Shown one piece after another: positions 28,429 through 42,545 of a DNA stretch of 64,000 nt (position 1 is its first letter; each line of letters begins with the position of its first letter). Source of the DNA: Octopus vulgaris. Its lineage: Eukaryota. The notes under the pieces were generated by a model that was given only the letters and a program-made list of their open reading frames with translations, was not told where the DNA came from and did not search any database. Where the stretch lies: positions 18,352,001-18,416,000 of the forward strand of contig OX597831.1 of NCBI GenBank assembly GCA_951406725.2, read 5' to 3'. Made by a program: the position numbers and the translations under genes.

Positions 28429-29898
28429 GTAAGTGATTTCAATGTACCTACTGCATAAATGAAATAGATGTACTGTAATAGCATTGACATTCTTCGCCTT
28501 TTACTATTGAAGTTACCGGATGTGGCGGCGTGTATGACGCGCGCAGTTTTTATCCTACATGTAATGAGAGAGTAGATTAACAAGAGGCCGGATCTTTTTT
28601 GTCTAGAGACCCGGAGAATTGCTGCAAAGAATAAAGAATGTTAAGGTAGTCGAGATGTCACTCCCTGTAACTGAGGAAGTTTGAGGAAATAACTCAAGTT
28701 ACATCTGGAGTTATTTGGAGGGTTTACACCATCTCATTATACTCATCCTCCAACATATATTACCTATATCTGAAAACTTCATTTCTTATTGTATTACTGA
28801 TTAAGACATATCTTAGAAATGTGGCAATTTCTAGAACACTTGTGTAATATACTTATAGTATAACATACCCAGTGACACTATTATTATAGTATCGCCAGAC
28901 ACATACTTTACACATCCATTAAATAAATATGAGATTTCACTGTGGTACACATTGACATTGATAACAGCTTATCACTATATAAATATATGAGAGAAACTTT
29001 GTCCTGCACAGGTTCTGAACGAGAAAGTTAAGGATAGCTGCAGTTTATCACATGGACGCCAATATAACACTGTTCAAATAAGTATTTTCTCTTCAAACTC
29101 TTTCATCTTCTGCAGTTATCTCAGAGTCTTAAGCATGCTCACTTCGCAAGGTGCGATAGATTTCCCTTTGTCGTTTCCGTACCAACAATATATATCCTGA
29201 ATATTCACATATTCAATACAATAATATATACAGCAAAACACTTTAAAGTATTTCACTTAATCACTTTCGATATAATAGTATTTTTTTAATAATTCTATTT
29301 ACTTTGCACATGATATTTCACATATTATTTCAAACTGCTATTGTCATTAATTTATTAATTGCAAAATAAATAAATGGAGGGCAATATATTGTCTTCAAAA
29401 ACAATATTTAAAAATATTTCCCTCTCTGGTATGGCATTCAATAGAAAGTACATTTTGATAACGAAAAATTAAAAGGTAAACGTCTTGGCCTTCTTCCTCG
29501 GCTTGTCTCTCAAAGTATCCTTGTCTATTTTTAGTATCATTCGTCGGAAAATGAAAATGCAAGAAAGTTTCATTACAAGTTTATTAGTGTCTTATGTTAA
29601 ATGAATTATACATATTAATAACATAACATATTTATCTGCCAACCACAGTAGAAAACGAACTTTCATTTTTTATTTGAACAAGAAATGATTGCACATAATA
29701 TATCATTGAAAGCTGCATGAGGGGTATTGCATGAGGAAACTTATGCCTCGCACATGAATCTTATTTTCAAGACGTTATATGAAATCCGAATACGTTTCGG
29801 TCATTCGGTTTTCACATAGAACCTGTCGCAAATCTCAGTACAATTGAAGCTCAAGTAAGAAATAGTGATTTCAACGTACCTACTGCATAAACGAAATA

Positions 29899-30885
29899 TC
29901 AGGTAATCCCAAAAGTTCTATCCAAATTTTGAATAAAGAAAACAAGTGATCAAATGTTATATTCAATTGAAATTTAATCATCAGTGTACTTTCCCTGATT
30001 ATCTATGACTTCCTTCCATCTATTTACAAGCTTTTTAATCCAATCAATGCAAAACCCTTTTGGTTTCAAAGCGAAGAACTCTAAAATGTCAGTTTCGACG
30101 TCCTCCTGGCTTGCGAAAATTAGGTCCACCAAATGATTCTGTAAACTACGAAATAAATAGTATTCTGAAAGGGTACGGTTGGGAGAATAAGGTGGATGAG
30201 AATTTTTTTTTCCCAACTAAGCTCTTCGATCTTCTGTGATGTGATCTTTGCAGTGTGGGGTTGTACATTGTCCTGATGAAACATCACTCTTTTTTGATTC
30301 ACTAAAGCGGGTCTTTTCTCTTCAAAGCTTGGTTCAAAAGCTCTAATTACTGACATAAGACTTGTGCATTGATTGTTGCATTAGGGGGTAACAATTCAAA
30401 GGGAATTACTCCTTTGCAATCCGAGTAAGTTTTATTGCCAATTCCCCAACTGATAATGCAGAATTTTCTTCAAGTAATGCCTCAAGGAACTTATCATCAA
30501 ATGCAACAGGACGTCCTGTTCCATCTTCATCTTCAAGGCTGAAATCTCAACTTCTGAATTTTGCAAACCATCTTCTGCAAGTTCTTTCATTCAAGCATTC
30601 TTTCAGATAAACTGAGTGCATGTTTCGAGTCGCTTCGACTGCAGAGTTTCCTGTTTTGTACTCATAAAGTATTACGTGCCTCAAATGCTCTTTTGATACT
30701 TCCATGTTAGAAAGGGATTTAATCAATGGGATTTTAATTCTATTTTTCTGTAAAATATTTAATTAGTTTAAATGTACACAAATGCATAAAAATAATTTTA
30801 ATTCCATTAGACATTCTAAAATACTATTAAATTTCATTCAATTTTAAAAAAGGTAAAATCGGACAGAACTTATGGGAGGACCTGA
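29899..30885 (-). mobile_element. Mariner-family DNA transposon remnant with TIRs and TA target-site duplication
   Basis: TIRs tcaggtaatcccaaaagttctatcc / ggacagaacttatgggaggacctga. FHQDN..PH and HPPYSP motifs. Flanks rejoin to match duplication unit 2. Confidence 0.85.
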
Positions 30886-31371
30886 TAGTTTACTGTAATA
30901 GCCTTGCTATTCTTTGAGGTTAACGGATACGGGACCGTGTATGATTCACGTGTGTTTTTTTTTTGTTTTCTTTTTGGTTCTACAAATGCCAAGGGAGCAG
31001 ACTGACACAAATCCGAACATTGTTGGCTATCGACGCGGAGGATTGCTACAAATAATAAAGACATTTTAAACCAGTCGAGAAATTACTGCCCTTTTGTAAA
31101 GAAACTTTGCAGAAATTACTCAAGTTAATGTCGTCAGTTATAAGGAGAAGTTACATCATCTCACTATAACTTCTCTTCGAATATATATGATCTAAATCTG
31201 AAGACGTTACTTACAGTTAATTAATTACTAACAAGTGACTAATAAATATGAAAATTTGTAGAGTACTGGTACAATATAAAATACTATGCCTACTTACAGT
31301 ATTATGATATTACTCCAAAAACAATTCAGACATCCATTGGATAAAAAATGGAATGTCACTGTAATATATAT

Positions 31372-31650
31372 TTTATTTATTTATTTATGCGCCCTTTTCA
31401 AGACTAGCCAGGCTCATGGGCCCGCTTTCCCGGTTTCTGTGGCGTATGTGTTCCCCCGCAGCTGGACTGGACGCCAGTCCATCGCAGCGTTACTCAAGAA
31501 ACGGGAAGTGAGAGTGAGAGAAAGTTGGGGCGAAAGAGTACAACAGGGGTCTCCACCATCCCCTGCCGGAATCTCGAACACACACAACGCCCAGTCTGGG
31601 AATCGAAACCGTGAGTCCGCTGCCCTAACCACTGGACCATTGCGCCACCA
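31372..31650 (-). mobile_element. tRNA-derived SINE
   Basis: Reverse complement head ggtggcgcaatggtccagtggttagggcagcggac...ggtttcgattccc; (TAAA)n tail. Confidence 0.7.
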
Positions 31651-32087
31651 CGTTGTACACATTAACATTGTTAATATATTAGCATTCAAATATCTATCTT
31701 TGCTCTACATAGAAATCTATTCAGCTATTTAAGGATAGCGGCATCTTCTAACGTGGACGTCAAATATGGATTTTCATCTGTTTAAAACCCTTGCACCTTC
31801 AGTTGTTATCGCAGAACGTTAAGCGCGCTCGTCTACGGCGTATAACTTTTTATCTGTCGTTTCTGGATCAGCAATACATCTGTTGAACTCGATGCAACTA
31901 CTGTTGCTCTCTCCTTTAAGCTTTTATGCAGGTGTTTTCGTCTCAAACCCCGATGTTACCGGCGCATAACAACCGCCAGTATCCAATGCAATAATACTTA
32001 CAGCAAAATATTCAAATGCGTTTTACGAAATTACTTTTAATGTAGATGTAAGTTTTATTTATTTTTGCCTTTCTGTTATCTTTATAG

Positions 32088-32147
32088 ATGTCCTTTCAAC
32101 TAGTATTCCATGCTGCTTTTGTGGTTACGTTATTCATGGATAACTAA
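32088..32147 (+). CDS. Gene A exon 5 (terminal, hydrophobic GPI-signal-like): MSFQLVFHAAFVVTLFMDN*
   Basis: Polypyrimidine tract then tatAG. 60 nt to the stop, exactly as in gene B exon 5. AATAAA at ~32256. Confidence 0.72.
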   Translation: MSFQLVFHAAFVVTLFMDN

Positions 32148-32501
32148 ATGAAGAGATCTGCCTGCGTCATTCTCCAATTGCCATTGATGTCATAAAGTTG
32201 TATGTTCGAAATGTGTCATGATAAAAGAGTGAAAAACATGAAGCGACTGGTTACAAATAAAAAATTCTACGTCTTTAAATTATATCTTTGTTGACAACGC
32301 TTTGAATTTCGATGAGGATATTCTTCACACACATACGCACACACACACACACACACTCACACACACACATATACACACGCAAACACGCAGACGTGCAAGA
32401 ACACGTTCACACACAAACATTGTATATACATATAAGATATATATATATAATGTATATATACTATTATTATTACTATTATTATTATTATTATTATTATTAT
32501 T

Positions 32502-33054
32502 GAGTGAGAGAGCAGTTCATGCCATCAAAGTGACACTGGGGTAAAATATACGAAGCCCAATATACCCATTATGACTACCCGTCTGATAAAGGTACACCAG
32601 GCACATGCATCACAACCATATGTGCGCGACATGGTGATCTCATATCAAGATAAACAGTGAATGACCTTGAAGGTGGGGCCCAGTTAGTATTTTCTTCAGG
32701 TTGAGTAGCCCATCCCGCTCAAACGGTCCCTGAATAAGGGTTGTTTAAGGATGTTGAAAGAACCACCCATGTTTCCAGAGGTGAACTATTCAAACCCCAA
32801 AGAATCCCTCTCAACACATGGCTATGATGCTCCCCCACTACTTCTGCTTGTGATCAGAGATGCACATATCCTCAGCCACTAAGGGACATGCTCAACTGGT
32901 TAAGGTCAAACAACTGACAAGCAAATCTGTGGTACTGAGCAGAATAAATGATGTAGCCCATCTTTTATATCAAGACAAAACATGTACATGATAACACTTC
33001 CAATCAGTTAAGATTAGAAGCCATGAGAACCACTGCCTGGTACTGCATCAGGGC

Positions 33055-33142
<88 letters not shown>

Positions 33143-33730
33143 GTTATTATTATTGAGTGAGAGAGCAGTTCATACCATCAAAGTGACGCTGGGGTAAAAT
33201 ATACGAAGCCCAATATACCCATCATGACTACACGTCTGATAAGGGTACACCAGGCATATGCATCACAACCATATGTGCGCGACATGGTGACCTCATATCA
33301 AGATAAACAGTGAATGACCTTGAAGGTGGGGCCCAGTTAGAATTTCTTCAGGTTGAGTAGCCCATCCCGCTCAAAAGGTCCCTGAATAACGGTTGTTTAA
33401 GGATGTTGAAAGAACCACCCATGTTTCCAGAAGTGAATTATTCAAATCCCAAAGAATCCCTCTCAACACATGGCTATGATCCCCCCCACTACTTCTGCTT
33501 GTGATCAGAGATGCACATATCCTCAGCCACTAAGGGACATGCTCAACTGGTTAAGGTCAAACAACTGACAAGCAAATCTGTGGTATTGAGCAGAATATTT
33601 GCTGTCGCCCATCTTTTATACCAAGACAAAACAATGTACATGATAACACTTCCAATCAGTTAAGATCAGAAGCCATGAGAGCCACTGCCCCGTACTGCAT
33701 CAGGGTAAGGTACTGCATCAGGGCAAAGGT
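32502..33730. repeat. Two tandem ~550-bp interspersed repeat copies (32502-33055, 33154-33715) embedded in (ATT)n
   Basis: Near-identical direct copies beginning gagtgagagagcagttcat. Confidence 0.8.
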
Positions 33731-33745
33731 ACTGCATCAGAGCAA

Positions 33746-33815
<70 letters not shown>

Positions 33816-33854
33816 CATCATCATTATTATTATTATTATCATTATTATTATTAT

Positions 33855-34450
33855 TGGCTTTGCACAGCTTCTAAAGCTGGAGATGTACTACGGTATCAAC
33901 TGTTCATTACCAGTGAACTAAGGTAACAGGTGTTATTTTTCGAGCACCTTCCGGAGTATTCGAGCGTTTCCATGTAGTGTTGTTTTCTGCAACTGCTCTA
34001 TTTGCAGCCCCTATTTGTTTCACGTTCCTTGGGCTCCGACAATTATCGGCACTACTGCTACATTTTTCATCCACCACAACTGCTTCACTTCCTAAGCTAA
34101 CCTCTCATATATCTCGACTTTTATTTCTTCTGTATCGCACACCTTTTTGTCAGCTGGGCATGCCATGTCTATGATCCAGCTTAGTTTGTTTTGTGTCTTC
34201 ATTGAGACTATGAACGGTTTCCAGTTCTCTATCTCATGGTCGCACAGAAACAAAATTCCCTAACATCTTTGGATTTCTACTTTCGATGATGCCTTCAGGT
34301 TTGTGGTCGTACCAATCTTTTGGCTCTGCCAAACTATACTTGTTGCAGAGTGACTAATTGAAAGCTTAGCTATATTGTCGTGGCGTCTCTTATTTTCCTT
34401 CTGGGCTACTGGCGTACATTGGCTGATAATATGCCATACGGTTTTATGGC
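33855..34450 (-). mobile_element. Decayed 3' fragment of an RLE-type (R4/Dong-like) LINE
   Basis: QCTPVAQKENKRRHDNIA resembles the RHD motif; ends in (TAA)n. Confidence 0.6.
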
Positions 34451-34469
34451 GTACATTGGCTGGTACAAT

Positions 34470-37400
34470 GCCTATTATTATTATTTTTTTTTTTTTTTCT
34501 TCTTTCAAATTTGCTTCCATTTCTTGCCGAGTGTCTTCCCGACTCCTAGGGCAAAGAAAGTCATAGTATACATTGGTAGGCCATTAAACCAAACTCAATA
34601 GTTCCTTCATTTTTGTTTAAAGTTAAATTAAAAGACATAAGCAGCAACGGTTCTCACATCGACAGTGCTCTTCTCAATACGTGTGATGTACCAGTTAAGA
34701 CAATCTTTTGCACTTCTGGCAGGGATGGTAAGCCAGGGATCATTCTCATATAATTTTCGGTTCCCTTCTTGATCATTCCTAGTGCTCCTACGATCACTGG
34801 TATTGTAACCGCCTTGAGATGCCACATTTTCTCAATTTCAATGGGTAGGTCTTTATATTTTCTGAGCTTGTCAAACTCTTTCGCTGACATATTATGATCA
34901 CAGGGGATGCTCATGTCGATCAATAAGCAAACTTTATTGTTTTGGTCTTTCACAACAATATCTGGTTTATTGGCCTTGATGGTTCGGTCTGTATGTACTA
35001 GAAAGCCCCACAGAATGGCTACATTTTCTCCTTCAGTTACAGCCTCAGGGTGGTGATTATACCACTTGTCGGCACTTTTGATATTGTAATGCCGACTTAT
35101 TAGCCAGTGGAGATATTGGCCAACTCTGTCATGTCTTAATTTATACTCCACTGGTGCTAAGACATTACATCCAGAGATTAGGTTGTCCACTGCTTCAATC
35201 ATGTCGTTGCAGAACCGGCATTTTGGGTCTGCTCCATTTTTCATCACATTGGCCTGGTAGTTCCGAGTTAATAGGCTTTGATCTTGAGCAGCCAGGATGA
35301 AACCTTCGCTCCCTGCTTTTAGCCCTGAGCTCCGTAGCCACAAATGGGTTTGCTTCTGGTCAACATCAGTTTGTTTGCTGCAGGCCACATATTTGCCGTG
35401 CAGAGGTTTCTCCTCCCACCTATCAGCCAATTGCTCGTGCGCTTTTTTCGTTGCCATTATTTTTACCTTCTTTGCAACAATAGTTGCCGTACTTTCTCTC
35501 GGGTTGTTCAGTTTGGGTATCCTGCACGAGATCAATAGCAAATGTTTTGCTTTCCATTATGATAGAATTAAGCTTCTTTCGTCTCTCGTGATTTTCCACG
35601 AGCTTTAGCATCCAGTCATTCGTTATTTCGAGATATTTGGCCAGTCCAATTGTGGTTGTTTTGTCAGCTTGTTTGCTACGGGCCACATATTTGCCGTGCC
35701 GAGGTTTCTCCTCCCATCAATCAGCCAATTGCTCGTGAGCTTTTTCGTTGCCATTATTTTCACCTTCTTAGTAACAATAGTTGCCGTACTTCCCTCGGGT
35801 TGTTCAGTTTGGGTATCCTGCACGAGATCAATAGCAAATTTTTTGCTTTCCTTTTTGACAGATTGAAGCTTCTTTCATCTCTCGTGATTTTCCACGAGCT
35901 TTAGCATCCAGTCATTCGTTATTTCAAGATATTTGGCCAATCCAATTGTGGTCGATTTGTAAGCTAGTTCAAATTGGATCAGGCCTCGACCTCCTTGGGC
36001 TCTGGGAGGTAAAGGCGATCTACGTCTGACTTTGAGTGGTGCATCCTATTACAACTCAGCAGCTTGCGTATTTTCCTATCTATATTCTTTACTTCACTCA
36101 TATTCCAGTTCAACACATTGTAGCTATAAGTAACAACTGGAACTGCTAAGGAATTTATAGCTAACACCTTGTTACGTGCATTTTGTTCAGATTTCAGGAA
36201 TGCCCGAACTCTCCTATAACATTCCTTCCTGATCGTCTCTTTCATGCTTGCATGCTGAATACCAGAGCCTTCATTTATCCCTAAATATTTGTATGTTTGT
36301 TCTTGCTCAAGCTCTCTTATGACTGTGTCAACATATAACACGACTGAATTTGTGGTCTTCACTTACCCTTTCTGGAAAGTAGCCTTGACACACTTCTCAA
36401 GTCCAAACTCCATCCGGATGTCATCGCTGAATGCTTTCACAGTGCGCAATAGGCCTTCAATTCATTATTGTCTTTACCATAGAGTTTTCAGTCATCCATA
36501 TAAAATAGATGGCTTATTTTTTTTTGGCAATTTTATACCCTTACCCTGTTCTGTTTAATTCACTTGTAAGGGGTATTAGGGCTATGCAGAATATTAAATG
36601 TGAAAGTGAGTCACCTTGAAAAATTCCACAGTTGATGTTTATACTTTCTGAGGCAAGTACTCCATTAGAGTGGTATAATTTAAGATTCGTATTCCACAAC
36701 GACATATTGTGCTTCAGGAAGTTTGAAATCACAGGGGAAATTTTGAAGAAGTCCAGCGATCTCAAGATCCATGGATGCGGTATACTGTCGAAGGCCTTTT
36801 TATAGTCAATCCATGCGGAGCTGAGATTTCTGCGCTTGTTGTGACAGTTCTCAAGGATCATACAATTAATTGCATCCGTAAGAGCCTCGGCGGCACCCTT
36901 TTTGTTCAATGGGGAAAATATCGTTCTTCTCCATGAATGCATGTTTTCTCCGCCAGGATAGATGTTGGGATTTTATACGTGGTATATACACAGGTTATAG
37001 GCCGATAGTTTTTTGGAAGGTTAGTTTCGTTATTCTTTGGGGGTAGTTAAGTAATACCACTTGCTAACCATTCAGGTGTTTTCTTTCGGTCTCTCATAAT
37101 TCCATTGAGCAGCTGAACTGGTTTACCGTGTGCGCATGGGAGCGATGCGAGCCAGAAATTCGGCACCCTATCTTTACCGGGCGATTTCCAATCATGGGCC
37201 TTCGTGAGTGCCTTTCTTAGATCTGCTATCGTGATGTCTTCCCATACTTGTTGTTGTAAATTTTGGTAGGATCCTTCAGTTTGTATAATCCAGTCTGCAT
37301 TTATGTTGTACGTCTTCTTGTCACTCAAAATCCTTTTCCAAAAGTTTTAAACTTCTTCCATGGGAGGGGGGAATTTAACGGTTACTTTCTCCTTCCTTAT

Positions 37401-38730
37401 TTCTCTGTAGAATTTTTTGGCATTGGATGTGAACAGCTTATTTTGTTTGTAAAACTTGTTTCTCTTCTCAAATCTTCGTATTCTTTGGGCTTTTGCTTGG
37501 ACTTTTTGTTTCAGCGTTTCTTTTATTGATATCAGTTCTTCTGTTGGTGAGGATCCAAATTTTCTCTTCATCTTTCTTCCTGTTCTGGATCTTACATCAG
37601 TTCCACATATTAGTTCATTTAATATTGATATTTCCCCTCTCATAAATTCAATCTCTTTTTCAATTTTACTTCTCCAGGTTTGATTTCTTCCCAGGTTTGG
37701 TTTTCTTTGTTTTTTCGGGGGCATACAGCTGGTTCCAATTGCCCTAGCAGAAGCGTAAATAATTTCATTTAACTCAGTAAAATCAGGCTTTAATTCTTGT
37801 ATTATTTCATTTGTTAGATAGTTGCCAATTTGGATTTGTTTTTTATTTTGGTTTGTATTTGAGAGTTTATGAAGTGGTTCTCTATCATTCATACTTGTAT
37901 GTCTTACAACTTCAAGCATATTCAGGATTTTCTGCCTCATTTCTGCCATAGACTCTCTGTGTTCTTCAGCAAATGCGAGATCTTCAGTTACTGTTGTTTT
38001 ATCATTTTCCTGGCTATCTTTAACAGGTACAATAGAATTTCTTGTATCTTCAGGCCTTTGCGTACTTGGGTCAGATGGCAGTCTTTCAATTAAGCCTCGT
38101 GGCGGGCTATACTGTTCATCTGATTCTTCATTTCCTTTGTGTCTTATATTTATGTCATTTCCCGTTGCGTGCTTGATCGCGCTTATTTCACTGTCTGTGA
38201 GTCTGTTATTTCTAAGGATATCCCTCCTCACATTTGCTAATTTGTTCTCGTCCAAATAGGGCCTACTGTCTTGATTCCGTGTTCTCCATATACTGTAATA
38301 GTTTGCGGTGTGTCTCTCTTGAGATGGCCTACCTAATGCATAGTAATAAGCGTATATTACTTCTTTATACTCTTCTCGGGTCCATTTGTTCTGCTTACAT
38401 TTTTCTTTCTGTGGTGGTTGTGGTGGTGAACTTGGAGGGCTTGAGTTGGGGGATTTCCCGTTCAAGTGACCATCCATGTCCGTATTCGGAGAAGAGTTTG
38501 TTCCAGTTGATGACTTTTCGATCCCAGGCTGGCTCTTCCCTGGGGGACGCGCTTCCAGATTAACCATAGTACAAGCGATTTGGTATACTGATTTAGTTTA
38601 CCTTTTAGTTTCCAAAAACATTTTGGTGCTACGATAATGTTATAATTTTTTAGCTTTGATTGGCTCGTGGGGAGACGGCCATCATTGCGGTTACATATAT
38701 AATCGTACCATTAAAGCAGCCATAGTCGGC
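34470..38730 (-). mobile_element. R4/Dong-like non-LTR retrotransposon (RT plus restriction-like endonuclease), frameshifted, with an internal ~300-bp duplication
   Basis: WIDYKKAFDS, GIFQGDSLS and YKYLG RT motifs; CRFC..SGC, RHD, KPDIVV and K..KY.DL RLE motifs. 35360-35660 is duplicated at 35670-35950. Confidence 0.88.
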
Positions 38731-39073
38731 TTATTATTGTTATTATCATCACCATTATTATCACTATCATCATTATCACCACCATTACCATCATCATTAT
38801 CATCATCACCATCACCATTATCATCATCATCATCAATGATATTGTTTTATGTGTAGTCACAGCAGTATCTTATTATTGTTATTTTTGTTTTTTTATCATT
38901 ATCACCATCACAGTAGTGTCTGTCTGTCTGTCTCGTTGGCTGGCTTGGTGGTTGGCTGGCTTGGTGGTTGGCTGGCTGACTGTCTTCAACCCAGAGTTCT
39001 TGCCTGTCAAATAATACTTTCATATCTGGTTAACAATAGAGCCGAGGTGAGGTTTGTGTTGGTTGAACTCTTT

Positions 39074-39124
<51 letters not shown>

Positions 39125-39279
39125 GATAGATAGATTATCAGCACTATTACTATCATTATTATCATCATCACCATCATCACCATCACCATCAGTGATATTT
39201 TTTAAAATTTTAGGTGGGGTCCTATCGGTCAAAAAAGTTCAAATGTTTACTACTATTAGACTTAAGAAAAAATTAAGGA

Positions 39280-40048
39280 AGGGCTGTTCTGTATTATTTG
39301 TGAATAGAGAAGTTGTGTTCGACCAGAGAGAATCTATAATTAGTATCATTATTTTTTTTCCATGTGCGTTTGTGTTATTGCAATAAAAAGTGTTTGTATA
39401 TTTCGTCTAAGGTAATATTGTGGAGGTTGAAGTTGACTTTTCTAGAGATGTTTGTATGTCCAGTTAGAGAACAGGTGTGTTTTTGCAATAAAAAGAATAT
39501 GTTTACATTTATATTTGAATATTCAGGGTGGAAGCAAAGAAAAGTCAGATTTTTATAGAAAGTTTTAGGTTTTTGTAAGTCCACAAAAAGGAAAGCGTAA
39601 ATGTTTTTAGAGAGAAGAAAAAAAAAGGATGTTTACAGAGGCAATTGAGGGTATTAAAGTTTTTAAAGCTGGTCGAATGTATGATTGAAAACTGTAGGTA
39701 TGTAAATTTGTTAATTTCTTAACTTATTTTGAAAGGCTGTTCTGTATTATTTGTGAATAGAGAAGTTGTGTCGACCAGAGAGAATCTTAGCATCATTATT
39801 TTTTTCCATGTGCGTTTGTGTTATTGCAATAAAAAGTGTTTGTATATTTCGTCTAAGGTAATATTGTGGAGGTTGAAGTTGACTTTTCTAGAGATGTTTG
39901 TATGTCCAGTTAGAAGAACAGGTGTGTTTTTGCAATAAAAAGTATACGTTTACATTTATATTTGAATATTCAGGGAGGAAGCAAAGAAAAGTCAGATTTT
40001 CATAGAAAGTTTTGGGGTTTTGTAAGTCCACAAAAAGAAAAGCGTGAT
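39280..40048. repeat. ~315-bp direct repeat pair (39280-39600, 39733-40048)
   Basis: Near-identical copies starting ggctgttctgtattatttgtgaatagagaag. Confidence 0.8.
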
Positions 40049-40049
40049 G

Positions 40050-40072
40050 TTTATTATTATTATTATTATTAA

Positions 40073-40115
<43 letters not shown>

Positions 40116-40281
40116 ATTATTATTAATATTTTTATTATTGTTATTATTATTATTATCATCGTTATTATTATTATTATTATTATTGTTATTACTATTATTT
40201 TTATTATTATTATTATTAATATTATTATTATTATTATTATTATTGTTGTTGTTGTTGTTATTATTATTATTATTATCATTA

Positions 40282-40316
<35 letters not shown>

Positions 40317-40327
40317 CATTATTATTA

Positions 40328-40371
<44 letters not shown>

Positions 40372-40377
40372 TTTATG

Positions 40378-40416
<39 letters not shown>
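40050..40416. repeat. (ATT)n microsatellite
   Basis: Read directly. Confidence 0.95.
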
Positions 40417-40417
<1 letters not shown>

Positions 40418-40429
40418 CGTAACACATTT

Positions 40430-41010
40430 TAGCTAAACATGCACCGGGGTATTTTGCGTATCATAACTTTAAATTGTCGAAGCCCTAAGCTACCCCATCC
40501 TGTGACCTAACAAATACTCTATCTAAAGGCGATCTGGATTGCCTGTTGTGGCTTCTCCAACTTAACACGGGCATATCAAGGATATCCAGTCGGTACCTGT
40601 CATTTCTGAGCAGACTGCTATGTGCCAAACCCTCCCGTTCTGTAAAATACTATGACAGTCCCCCACTAGTTCTAAACTGCGATACATTCCCATGTATGTT
40701 TCTAGACGTCTGAAGGAATCTGGCCTCTCAGGCCCCGTCGGGACTTACAACGTCACCAGTGTCAAGGCACTACCTTCTTCGCCATTCACATCAGGGACCA
40801 CTACCCTGCCATGCGGGTCCAGGACTATAGTCCGTACGTTGAGATACTTCATAGTCCTTGAAGATGGATACTAGGGATTGTTTTTCGGAGATCCGTGTTT
40901 CACTGATCCCAGCCACATATAAATCAAATGACCTCAAATCAGTGAGCAAGTGACCTTCCTTCCAAGCTGAATTCACGCTACGCACATTAGCACACTTGAT
41001 TCACGCTCAT
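40430..41010 (-). mobile_element. Decayed LINE APE endonuclease N-terminus (possibly L1/Tx1-like)
   Basis: NVRSVN...YVAGISETR motif; stops downstream. Confidence 0.5.
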
Positions 41011-42506
41011 GCTAGTCGTAGAAAGACAAAGATGAGGTGAATCACTTTGATTTTCGAGAAACCCTGTAGTTCCGACCCTCTCTACTGGTGAAAATTGTTT
41101 AAAAGAACCTTCCAACAACCTTTTATCAACTGATTTTTTAAATCCTCACATTATATGGGAGTATTTCACTTGTATTATAAACCGTCTGACGACGTTTAAA
41201 ATGCGTCTCGGTTTTCAGATTTTAAAGATGAAATCCTTAAATTCTTTTCCCTCTCTGCCTTTGTTTTCACTTACAAATTCCATCAATTCACTGATGCACC
41301 TTTTCGTAACATTGAAATTTATGGATATATTTCGTCTATAGTTTGAAGTATATTGTTGTTTTCGAAGTTCTATAATTGGTTGTTTCTGTGATTTCGGGCC
41401 GTTGCTCTTTTTGAAGTTGTTTATTTTCTTGTTATTTTTGTTGATCGGGAATTGTGTTGTAGTTATCGCTTCAGAATAAGTTTGTGTAGCGTTCTTGGAT
41501 TGTGGCTATGTACTCTCCTCTTACGTCTACCCACATACATCACTGTGTACCATGGAGCGTTCAGCTCTTCTTTCTCCATGTCATTGCAGATAATGTAGGT
41601 TCGAGTGATAGAGCATTCAGGAGAAGCTTGCTATTTCGTGTCAACCGGAGGTAGACACCTTTGTTGTCTTGGATTGCGTGGTTTTGGGTAGAGGTGTAGC
41701 AGTCATAAGGACATGTTAATGACTTTGCGTTTGTGATGTTTGTAGTGTTATCACTGATTTTCTTCTTGTTGTTGTTATTGTCACTGCTGCTGCTGCTGTT
41801 GTTGTCGTTTCGACACCGGAAGATTTGAGGTTGCTCAGAGAAGTAACGTTAATCACCACAGTGACAACTTAAGTTTAAGCCATTCTTGTTCTCCTTTTTC
41901 CCGACGTGGACCGCTGTCCTTTGTCGGACCTTATGTTGGATCCTGTGTCAGCCCTCTTTAACTGAATAAGGAAAACAGCAAAATCTCATTTAGTCCGAAA
42001 GTTATGATTCCAAAAATATTGATGCGTACCCTCTGTAATAGCAGTTGGGGAGTTTCTACACAAAAATGCTATATACGCATTCCAGACAATTTCAGAAATG
42101 CAACGGCAACACTAACATGAAAACTTTGGCATCAGAAGGCCGAAAAGATTACAAGCACTATTTCAATTTACGGAGTTCCAAATTTCTGTGACTCTACAGA
42201 ATAGCGGTAATAATAATAACAACAGAAACAACATCTAAAACAGCAACAACAGTAATAATAGTAAGAAAAACAACAAGAACAATAATAATAACAACAACAA
42301 TAACAATAGCAACAACAACGACAACAACAGACAACAGTAAGGTGTGGGTATGTATATGTTATATCAACAATAGTCAGTGACAAAATATAATTGATAATTA
42401 AACGATAAATTTGAGGCAATAAAAATGTAGAAAATTGTTGAAATGACAGACGAAGAAACCACAACAGCAATAGATATTATACTTCAGACAGCAATACGCA
42501 TATGTT

Positions 42507-42545
<39 letters not shown>

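Larger units (their letters stand above)
26930..31990 (+). repeat. Three diverged tandem copies (~1.1-1.5 kb excluding TEs) of the exon-4-containing segment of gene A
   Basis: aaatattt.c.t...ggcattca recurs at ~26936, 28001 and 29412. gtgatttcaa.gtacctac.gcataaa recurs at ~27292, 28433 and 29865. cactgtggtacacatt also recurs. Confidence 0.8.

Noticed and set aside
31286-31732. 148-aa ORF
   Set aside because: Runs through an antisense SINE and duplicated intron sequence; no protein motif.
39888-40436. Poly-I/N/Y/L ORFs
   Set aside because: (ATT)n microsatellite artefacts.
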